A stretch of DNA of 64,000 nt, taken from the NCBI GenBank assembly GCA_052143575.1, contig JBKQSP010000125.1, positions 3,281 through 67,280 of the forward strand, in the 5' to 3' direction. Shown in pieces: positions 57,353-64,000 of the stretch. Both the position numbers and the translations under genes were made by a program. The notes under the pieces are model-generated. The model saw only the letters and a program-made list of their open reading frames with translations. It was not told the DNA's origin and did no database searches. Numbering within the stretch: the stretch's first letter is position 1; each line of letters begins with the position of its first letter. Origin of the DNA: Acidimicrobiales bacterium. Its GTDB lineage: Bacteria; Actinomycetota; Acidimicrobiia; Acidimicrobiales; Bog-793.

Positions 57353-57403
57353 GCGCCGGACGGCGCCGCAGAGGACCGCCCGCCGCCGTGCGGTCGGCGC
57401 CCC

Positions 57404-57649
57404 TTACTGCTGGTAACCCTCCACCGTCTCGGGCGGTCGCAGGTGAGCCTCGTCCGGGTTCTCACCCATCTCGCGGCGTGCCCGCCGCTGGCGCAGAAGA
57501 TCCCAGAGCTGGTCGAGCCGGACTTCGAGCTCCTGCAGGCGCTCGCGATCGGTGTCGTTCAGGCCGCGACCGCCCCCCGTCTGGTCCCGCAGCTTGTGTT
57601 CCTCCGCGACCAGGTCGTCGATCCGTTTGACGATGTCGTGGTCGTCCAA
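57404..57649 (-). CDS. DUF2630 family protein
   Basis: MDDHDIVKRIDDLVAEEHKLRDQ...RLQELEVRLDQLWDLLRQRRARREMGENPDEA. Confidence 0.8.
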   Translation of the reverse strand: MDDHDIVKRIDDLVAEEHKLRDQTGGGRGLNDTDRERLQELEVRLDQLWDLLRQRRARREMGENPDEAHLRPPETVEGYQQ

Positions 57650-57780
57650 CTCATCACCTCCAGCTCGGGCGGATGCCCCGCGGCACCTCAGCGTAGGGCT
57701 TCCGCGCCCTGCGGCGTCCGGTCCGACCGCATCGTCATGCGGCCGGGCAGCGGGACCGACCGCCGACTACCGTCCCGCAC

Positions 57781-59349
57781 GTGGGGGACGAGATGCCGGA
57801 TGCGGTGCCCAGGCAGGCTCGGGAGGCAGCCACGTTGCGGTTGCCGTCGTCGTGCCTCGTCGTGCTGATCGGGCCGTCTGCCTCGGGGAAATCGACATGG
57901 GCAGCCGCCAACTTCCGGCCCAGCCAGGTCGTCGCCTCGGACGCCCTGCGAGGACTCGTGGGCGAGAGTGCCCAGGACCAACGCGCCGGAACGGACGCCT
58001 TCGACGTCCTCGATCTCGTTGTCGAGCGCCGACTGCGACGAGGCTTGCTCACCGTCATCGACACCCTCGGGATCGACGGCGCCAGGCGGGCCCGCTACCT
58101 CGAGGCCGCAGCACGCCACGGCGTCGCCTGCCACGCCGTCGTGTTCGACACGCCGGCCGAGCTGTGCAGACGTCGCAATCGCGAGCGGGGCCGAGACGGT
58201 GCCGTCCCGCCCGGCGTGCTGGCGGCACAGCTGAGCGGCTTCGCCGCCGCCAGGCCGGCCCTTGCCCAGGAACCCTTCGACGGGGTGCACGAGCCCGCCG
58301 AGGTGGAGATCGTGCCGCCCGCACTCGTGCAGGCACCCGAGCTACGCACTCGACAGGAGGAGACGCCGATGGGGTTGCGCTTCGGCTTGCAGCTGTCCAG
58401 CTTCCACTGGCCCGGCGGTCCGGGCTCTCTGGCCGGACACCTTGCCGAGATCGCCACGGCGGCCGAGGATGCCGGCTTCGCCAACCTCTGGGTGATGGAC
58501 CACTTCCTCCAGATCCCCCAGGTCGGCCGGGAGTGGGACGAGATGCTCGAGAGTTACACGGCTCTCGGGTTCCTGGCGGCGGCGACCCGCCGTATCCGGC
58601 TCGGGACGCTCGTGACGGGGGTCACCTACCGCAACCTTGCCCACCTCGCCAAGGCCGTGGCGACCCTCGACGTCCTCTCGGGCGGGCGGGCGATCTGCGG
58701 GATCGGAGCCGCCTGGTACAAGCGGGAGCACGTCGCCTACGGATGGCCTTTCCCGCCGCCCGGCGACCGCTACCGGCTCCTCGAGGACGCCCTTCAGCTC
58801 CTACCCCTCATGTGGGGACCGGGCTCACCGCCCTTCGAGGGGAGCACGACGAGCGTGCCGGAGACGATCTGCTATCCGCGTCCGCTCCAGGAACACCTGC
58901 CGATCCTCGTCGGGGGTGGCGGCGAGCGCCGCACACTTCGCCTTGCCGCCCGCTACGCCGATGCCTGCAACCTCTTCGGCGACGCCGTCACCGTCCGCCA
59001 CAAGGTGGAGGTGCTGCGGGCACACTGCGAGGAGGTCGGGCGGCCGGTCGAGGACGTCGAGGTGACGCACCTCGGCCCCGCCCTCGCCGCCTCCGACCGC
59101 CGGGAGCTCGAGGCCAAGGTGGAGCACCTCCGCCCGCCGTCGCTGTCTCCGGAGGCCTTCTCCGCCCGCACGACGGCCGCCACCGTGGACGACCTCATCG
59201 GGCACTTCCGCGCCCTGGCGGAGGCGGGCGTCGGGACGGCCATCGTCAGCCTGCCGGACGTGGCGGATCCAGAAGCGCTCCCTCGCTTTGCCGAGGTGAT
59301 CGCCGCCTTCTCGGGTGTGACGCCGTCGCCGGGCCGCCTCGGGTCCTGA
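57781..59349 (+). CDS. fusion protein: N-terminal P-loop polynucleotide-kinase-like (AAA_33) domain plus C-terminal LLM-class (luciferase-like, probably F420-dependent) oxidoreductase
   Basis: LVVLIGPSASGKSTWAAANF...VVASDALRGLV...DAFDVLDLVVERRL..GLLTVIDT resembles the Pnkp kinase domain. From residue ~200, MGLRFGLQLSSF...FANLWVMDHF...LGTLVTGVTYRN...GIGAAWYKREH...PILVGGGGERRTLRLAA is LLM-like. Confidence 0.8.
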   Translation: MGDEMPDAVPRQAREAATLRLPSSCLVVLIGPSASGKSTWAAANFRPSQVVASDALRGLVGESAQDQRAGTDAFDVLDLVVERRLRRGLLTVIDTLGIDGARRARYLEAAARHGVACHAVVFDTPAELCRRRNRERGRDGAVPPGVLAAQLSGFAAARPALAQEPFDGVHEPAEVEIVPPALVQAPELRTRQEETPMGLRFGLQLSSFHWPGGPGSLAGHLAEIATAAEDAGFANLWVMDHFLQIPQVGREWDEMLESYTALGFLAAATRRIRLGTLVTGVTYRNLAHLAKAVATLDVLSGGRAICGIGAAWYKREHVAYGWPFPPPGDRYRLLEDALQLLPLMWGPGSPPFEGSTTSVPETICYPRPLQEHLPILVGGGGERRTLRLAARYADACNLFGDAVTVRHKVEVLRAHCEEVGRPVEDVEVTHLGPALAASDRRELEAKVEHLRPPSLSPEAFSARTTAATVDDLIGHFRALAEAGVGTAIVSLPDVADPEALPRFAEVIAAFSGVTPSPGRLGS

Positions 59350-59420
59350 GGCGCTATCCGCGGCGCGACGGGCGCGGAGTTCGTAGGCTCGAGGTACGCC
59401 CGACAAGGAGCACATGCGCC

Positions 59421-59564
59421 ATGGCCGACAAATCCCCAAAGAAGACGACCACGAAGAAGGTTGGAAAGACGCTCAAGGAGAAGCGGGCAGCCAAGAAGCA
59501 GAAGCACGACCCGTCCCTCGGCGCCAGCCAGATGGACGCGCTGCGGACGAACAAAAGCCGCTGA
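59421..59564 (+). CDS. small lysine-rich protein (47 aa)
   Basis: AAGGAG at 59405-59410 lies 10 nt before ATG 59421. MADKSPKKTTTKKVGKTLKEKRAAKKQKHDPSLGASQMDALRTNKSR. Confidence 0.5.
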   Translation: MADKSPKKTTTKKVGKTLKEKRAAKKQKHDPSLGASQMDALRTNKSR

Positions 59565-59663
59565 GGTCCCGACCGCTCGTGCCACCCCGCCACGGCGACC
59601 AGCCGTGACTGCGCAGGATGACGCGTCATGAAGAACGAACCACGTCACGGAGGGCAGCGCTGA

Positions 59664-61022
59664 GTGGAGGTGACGAGCCGGCAGCTGTCCGACGCCGCCG
59701 CCATCGCCGAGGGCTTCATCTGCTACCGCGCCTTCATGCTTGCGGCGCCTGCGGTCTCCTACGGCATCGCCCGCCACGGGCGCACGGTGCTGAGCGGTGC
59801 CCGCGGCTCGAGCGACCTCGCCACCGGCACGCCGGCGACGGCTCACACGGGTTACCGCGTCGCTTCCATCACAAAGACGTTCACGGCCACGCTCCTGATG
59901 CAACTCGTCGAGGCCCGCAAGGTTCGCCTCGACGAGCCCGTGACGTCCTATCTGAGCTGGCTGAATCCGGCCGTCGGCAACTCCGGGCTCACCGTCCGTC
60001 ACCTGCTCACCCATAGCGGGGGAGTCATCCGAGACGGATCCTGCGGCTGGCGCCCCGGCGAGTTCCCGACGCGTCAGGAGGTGCGCGAGCAGCTCCTCGA
60101 CCACGGGACGTTCGCCGAGCCGGCGGCCGGGTTTCGCTACTCGAACATGGCCTACTCGCTCCTCGGCGAGATCGTCGAGACGGTGGGTGGCCGCCAGTTC
60201 GCCACCGCCGTCGACCGCTCCATCGCGAAGCCGCTCGGCCTCGAGGCGTCCGGGACACGCCTGACGCCCCGCCTGCGGGCGACGCTTGCCACCGGGTACT
60301 GGAGGCAGCTGCCCGGGGAAGTCCCTCGCCCCCTCGCCCAGAGCGAGGCAGCGGCCTTCGAGGCGGCCGGCGGGCTCGTCTCGACGGTCGGCGACCTCCT
60401 GCGGTACCAGGAAGCGCATCTGCCCGGCGACGGTCGCCTTCTCAGCGAGCTCAGCAAGCGTGAGATGCAGCGGGTGCAATGGCAGCGCGCCGAGGAGCCG
60501 CACCACGGCCTCGGCTGGATGATCTACACGGTCGACGGCATCACCGTGCGCGGGCACAGCGGCGGTTACCCCGGCTTCACGACGCGCATCGGGTTCTCGC
60601 CCGAGCAGGGCGTCTGCGCCGCCGTGCTGACGAGCACGATCTCACCGCTGTCCGGTGTCGGTCTCGAGGTGATCTTCCACTCCATCGCTCGGGTGCAGGC
60701 CATCTGGGAGGAGGCCGCCGGCGCCGCGCAGGGCCTCACCCGGCGCTCGCTCCGGCGCTTCGTCGGGCACTACCGGGGCGATTGGGGAGACGTGCTCGTG
60801 GCCGGCGTGAACAAGTCCTTGTACCTCCTCGACCCTGAGGAGGACCGTCCGATGCGGCTTCCTTCCCGCCTGGCGCCGGTCGACGACGGCGGTCGTTTCC
60901 TCATCGTGGACAACGACGACTACGGCAACCGCGGCGAGGAAGTTGCCTTCGACGTCGCGGAGCCCGGTCCGGCGCGCCGTCTTTCGATGGGTGGGCAGGT
61001 GCTCGAGCGGGTGGTCATCTGA
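59664..61022 (+). CDS. serine hydrolase, beta-lactamase/PBP4-like family
   Basis: SxxK motif in YRVASITKTFTATLLMQLV. YSNMAYSLLGEIVE. HSGGYPGF. The GTG start is uncertain. Confidence 0.8.
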   Translation: MEVTSRQLSDAAAIAEGFICYRAFMLAAPAVSYGIARHGRTVLSGARGSSDLATGTPATAHTGYRVASITKTFTATLLMQLVEARKVRLDEPVTSYLSWLNPAVGNSGLTVRHLLTHSGGVIRDGSCGWRPGEFPTRQEVREQLLDHGTFAEPAAGFRYSNMAYSLLGEIVETVGGRQFATAVDRSIAKPLGLEASGTRLTPRLRATLATGYWRQLPGEVPRPLAQSEAAAFEAAGGLVSTVGDLLRYQEAHLPGDGRLLSELSKREMQRVQWQRAEEPHHGLGWMIYTVDGITVRGHSGGYPGFTTRIGFSPEQGVCAAVLTSTISPLSGVGLEVIFHSIARVQAIWEEAAGAAQGLTRRSLRRFVGHYRGDWGDVLVAGVNKSLYLLDPEEDRPMRLPSRLAPVDDGGRFLIVDNDDYGNRGEEVAFDVAEPGPARRLSMGGQVLERVVI

Positions 61023-61026
61023 GGCC

Positions 61027-61590
61027 ATGCCGGCCTACGCAGCGCTCCTGCGCGGGATCAACCTCGCCGGCCACAACAAGGTGCCGATGGGCGAGCTGCG
61101 CACGCTGTGCGGTGAGCTCGGTCTCGGCGACGTCACCACGTACATCCAAAGCGGCAATGTCGTGTTCTCGAGCGTCCGCACCGACTCGAGCGCCCTCGCC
61201 GGCGAGCTGGAGGGCGCCATCGCCGGCGCCTTCGGCTTCGACGTGCCCGTCGTGCTGCGGTCCGCCGTCGAGCTGGAAGGCATCGCCGCCTCCAACCCGT
61301 ACGTGCAGGGGGGGAGGGATCCCTCCGAGCTCTCGGTCGGGTTTCTTGCGGAACTGCCCGCACCCGAGCGTGTGAGCGCATTGCGTGCCGACCCGCTGGC
61401 GAGCCGGCCTCCCGGACGTGACGAGTTCGCGCTCCTCGGCCGGGAGGTCTTCCTTCACCATCCCAACGGCTACGGGCGCTCGAAGCTGACCAACAGCTAC
61501 TTCGACCGGCGCCTCGGCACCATGATGACGGTGCGCAACTGGCGGACCGTCGTGACGCTGGGTGAGATGACGCAGCGCCTGGGTAGGTAG
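61027..61590 (+). CDS. DUF1697 family protein
   Basis: MPAYAALLRGINLAGHNKVPMGELRTLCGELGLGDVTTYIQSGNVVF. Confidence 0.85.
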   Translation: MPAYAALLRGINLAGHNKVPMGELRTLCGELGLGDVTTYIQSGNVVFSSVRTDSSALAGELEGAIAGAFGFDVPVVLRSAVELEGIAASNPYVQGGRDPSELSVGFLAELPAPERVSALRADPLASRPPGRDEFALLGREVFLHHPNGYGRSKLTNSYFDRRLGTMMTVRNWRTVVTLGEMTQRLGR

Positions 61591-61672
61591 GCCGTGAGCC
61601 GTCTCGGAACCGGAACTACCCTGACGCGTTGGCAAGCTGGCCATGCGGACCTGACACAGGGGAGCAAAGGCG

Positions 61673-62395
61673 ATGAGTCTGACGCCAGAGGTGTACGGGC
61701 AGGACATCTACACCGAGGCCGCCGGTGATCCCGACACGCTCGGCAATCTCGGGCCACTGCGGCCGATGGCGGGAGTCTGGGAGGGCACCTTCGGCCACGA
61801 CGACCATCCCGTCGCCGGCGGCAGCGGCCTCGATGCCTACGTCGAGCACTACGAGCTGCAACCGATCGACCGCCAGACGAACGGCCCGCAGCTGTTCTTC
61901 GGCCTCCGTTACCACACACACATCGTGCGACCCGGCGAGACGGAGACGTTCCACGACCAGGTCGGCTACTGGCTCTGGGAGCCGGCAGCACACGCCGTCG
62001 TCTTCACGCTCGCCATCCCCCGCGGCCAGGTGCTGCTGGCGGGCGGGACGGCCGAGCCGGATGCCACCGAGTTCGAAGTGAGGGCTGCACTCGGCTCGGA
62101 CACCTACGGGATCGCGTCGAACCCCTTCCTCGACCGAGCCTTCCGCACACTCAGCTTCCGCATGACCGTGACAGTTCACCGCGACGGCTCCTGGTCCTAC
62201 GACGAGGAGGCCGTCTTGCAGACACCGGATCGGGACGAGCCCTACCTGCATACGGACCGCAACGTTCTGCGGAGGGTGTCGCCGCCGTCTCCGAACCCGC
62301 TGGCTGCCGAAGCCGCCGAAGCCGCCGATGCAGCCGTCCCCGATGCCGGCCTCGGCATCGGGGATCTCCGACAGGAAGAGAGGAACCTTCCATGA
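61673..62395 (+). CDS. putative encapsulin cargo: nitrobindin/DUF1794-like beta-barrel protein with a C-terminal targeting-peptide-like tail
   Basis: GGGGAG RBS. Core LGPLRPMAGVWEGTFG...YVEHYELQP...FHDQVGYWLWEP...PYLHTDRNVLRRV. Then the Pro/Ala/Glu linker SPPSPNPLAAEAAEAADAAVPDA and GLGIGDLRQEERNLP. Its stop overlaps the encapsulin ATG (ATGA at 62392-62395). Confidence 0.8.
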   Translation: MSLTPEVYGQDIYTEAAGDPDTLGNLGPLRPMAGVWEGTFGHDDHPVAGGSGLDAYVEHYELQPIDRQTNGPQLFFGLRYHTHIVRPGETETFHDQVGYWLWEPAAHAVVFTLAIPRGQVLLAGGTAEPDATEFEVRAALGSDTYGIASNPFLDRAFRTLSFRMTVTVHRDGSWSYDEEAVLQTPDRDEPYLHTDRNVLRRVSPPSPNPLAAEAAEAADAAVPDAGLGIGDLRQEERNLP

Positions 62396-63198
62396 ACCAC
62401 CTGATGCGAGATCTCGCCCCCGTCACCGAGGCAGCCTGGGCGCAGATCGATGCCGAGGCAGAACGCTCTCTGAAGCACTTCCTGGCCGCCCGCCGCCTCG
62501 TGGACTTCGTCGGGCCGCGAGGCTACGAGCACTCCGCCGTCGACCTCGGCCGCACGGAGCAGCTGGAGAGCACGTCGCTCGGCACCGTGCAGGTTGCCCG
62601 CCGCCTTGTCGTGCCGCTGCTCGAGCTGCGCGCCGGGTTCTCACTCCCGCGCGCCGAGCTGGCGGCAGCCGACCGGGGGGCGACCGATCTCGAGCTGAGC
62701 GCCGTCATCGAGGCGAGCCGCGCAGCCGCCCTCGCCGAGGACGGGATCATCTTCCATGGCTACGAATCGGGCGCCATCGCCGGTATCGGGCCGTCGTCGC
62801 CCTACGACCCGGTCGGCATCACCGACGACTACAGCGCCTATCCCGAGCACGTCGCCAAGGCCGTGGCGATCCTGCGGGCGGCCGACGTGGCCGGCCCGTA
62901 TGCCGTCGCCCTCGGCTCCCGCTGCTTCACGGGCGTCACCGAAACCACCGAGCACGGTGGCTATCCGGTCTTCGAACACTTGCGTCAGATCCTCGGCGGT
63001 CCTGTCGTCTGGGCGCCCGCCGTCGACGGCGCCATCGTGCTCAGCCAGCGCGGAGGCGACTACGAGATGACCGTCGGGGAGGACTACTCCGTCGGGTATT
63101 CGGCGTTGGACGTCGACACGGTCGAGCTCTACATCGAGGAGAGCCTCGCATTTCGGATCAACGCACCCGAGGCGGCTGTTTGCCTGACCCACGGCTGA
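62392..63198 (+). CDS. family 1 encapsulin nanocompartment shell protein (linocin M18/Cfp29 type, 268 aa)
   Basis: MNHLMRDLAPVTEAAWAQIDAEAERSLKHFLAARRLVDFVGPRG...GIIFHGY...GPYAVALGSRCFTGVTETTEHGGYPVFEHLRQILGGPVVWAPAVDGAIVLSQRGGDYEMTVGEDYSVGY...VELYIEESLAFR. It is colinear with the remembered M. tuberculosis Cfp29 sequence (MNNLYRDLAPVTEAAWAEIE...). Confidence 0.92.
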   Translation: MNHLMRDLAPVTEAAWAQIDAEAERSLKHFLAARRLVDFVGPRGYEHSAVDLGRTEQLESTSLGTVQVARRLVVPLLELRAGFSLPRAELAAADRGATDLELSAVIEASRAAALAEDGIIFHGYESGAIAGIGPSSPYDPVGITDDYSAYPEHVAKAVAILRAADVAGPYAVALGSRCFTGVTETTEHGGYPVFEHLRQILGGPVVWAPAVDGAIVLSQRGGDYEMTVGEDYSVGYSALDVDTVELYIEESLAFRINAPEAAVCLTHG

Positions 63199-63219
63199 GC
63201 CGCTCCGGCGGGCGAGGGT

Positions 63220-64000
63220 TCAGGGTCGCATCGTCAGCGGCCCGACGGCACTGGCGATGCCGGCCGTGCGCCGTGCCTGCCGCAGCATGTTGGCGTCGAG
63301 TCCGTTCGTGAGGTAGCAGAACGAGACGTCGGTGTCGGGATCGGCGAACGCGATCTGTCCGCCGGCGCCGCCATGGCCGAACGTGCGAGGCGACACGGTG
63401 TGCCCGAAGCCCCGCATGGCGGCGCCCTGGCCCTCTCCGGCGATCACCGTCCCGAGCGCCCGGTTGGACGACACGCGGTACACCGGGTCGGGCAGAACGC
63501 CGTGGACCTCGCGGGTGCCGGCGGCCAGCACCGCCGGGTCCCACATGCCTGCCGGGTTGTGCAGGAGGGCCTGGTAGTAGAGGGCGAGGTCGGCGGCCGT
63601 CGAGATGCCACCACCGCCGGGTACCCCCATCGCCCGCAGCTCGGGACGGTTGAAGGCGACGAGGGCAGCCTCGGTCACCTCTCCCTGGAGCGCCTCGAGG
63701 GTGATGCCGGGAATGCCGAGCACCGCCTCCAGCTCGGCGTTGCTGGGGGGCTCTCCCCGCACCTCGAGGTCGTTGATGTCATCCTGCTCCCCGGGAGGGA
63801 CGCCGAGGCGGAGCCGCCGCAGGCCGAGCGGATCGAGAACCCGCTCATACACGAAGCGGCGGAAGTCCATGCCGCCGAGGCGCTCGATGAGCTCGGCCAT
63901 CACCCAGTGGGCGGACGTGGGGTGGTATTCGAAACGCGTCCCCGGCTCCCAGTTGAGCCGCCAGCTGGCAAAGCGTGCCAGCCGCTGCTGGCGCGTGACG
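63220..64000 (-). CDS. serine hydrolase (beta-lactamase family), C-terminal part; 5-prime end beyond the window
   Basis: The frame stays open to base 64000 (…WEPGTRFEYHPTSAHWVMAELIERL...). C-terminus FGHGGAGGQIAFADPDTDVSFCYLTNG is typical of the family. Confidence 0.8.
   Translation of the reverse strand, partial: VTRQQRLARFASWRLNWEPGTRFEYHPTSAHWVMAELIERLGGMDFRRFVYERVLDPLGLRRLRLGVPPGEQDDINDLEVRGEPPSNAELEAVLGIPGITLEALQGEVTEAALVAFNRPELRAMGVPGGGGISTAADLALYYQALLHNPAGMWDPAVLAAGTREVHGVLPDPVYRVSSNRALGTVIAGEGQGAAMRGFGHTVSPRTFGHGGAGGQIAFADPDTDVSFCYLTNGLDANMLRQARRTAGIASAVGPLTMRP

Overview
This is a GC-rich window in the actinobacterial style, with third codon positions almost all G/C. It holds about 60 protein genes. 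I found no rRNA, no canonical tRNA, no CRISPR array and no recognisable transposase or integrase. Content from left to right: (1) the 3-prime part of a large LuxR regulator; (2) a small ORF coupled to a 1,229-aa mosaic surface protein; (3) a lower-GC islet with a degenerate tRNA-like element, a Usp protein, an unknown ORF and an orphan kdpE; (4) kdpF-A-B-C, where kdpA carries a frameshift and no kdpD is seen; (5) an FAD monooxygenase/SnoaL pair; (6) a UvrA paralog plus a VOC protein; (7) a TetR/methyltransferase divergon with twin palindromic operators; (8) DinB-pentapeptide, Xi-class GST and MaoC genes; (9) CsoR plus a permease; (10) an exactly periodic 7-blade FG-GAP propeller; (11) GT39 plus MarR; (12) two tandem WS/DGAT acyltransferases; (13) an ECF sigma/anti-sigma pair; (14) a Fur (Nur-like)/NiCoT divergon; (15) a roughly 17.7 kb minus-strand nucleoside uptake and catabolism super-operon (cdd-deoA-add-deoC-aldh-aldh-like-bmp-ABC-punA-mutase-psuG-kinase-fucosidase); (16) a frameshifted nucleotidyltransferase; (17) a polynucleotide-kinase-like/LLM oxidoreductase fusion. 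The most notable item is at 61.7-63.2 kb: a two-gene family-1 encapsulin operon. Its upstream cargo candidate is not one of the classic cargo types. It is a nitrobindin/DUF1794-like beta-barrel protein with a C-terminal GLGIGDLR tail that resembles a targeting peptide. All functional names come from motif recognition by eye. No database search or folding computation was possible.
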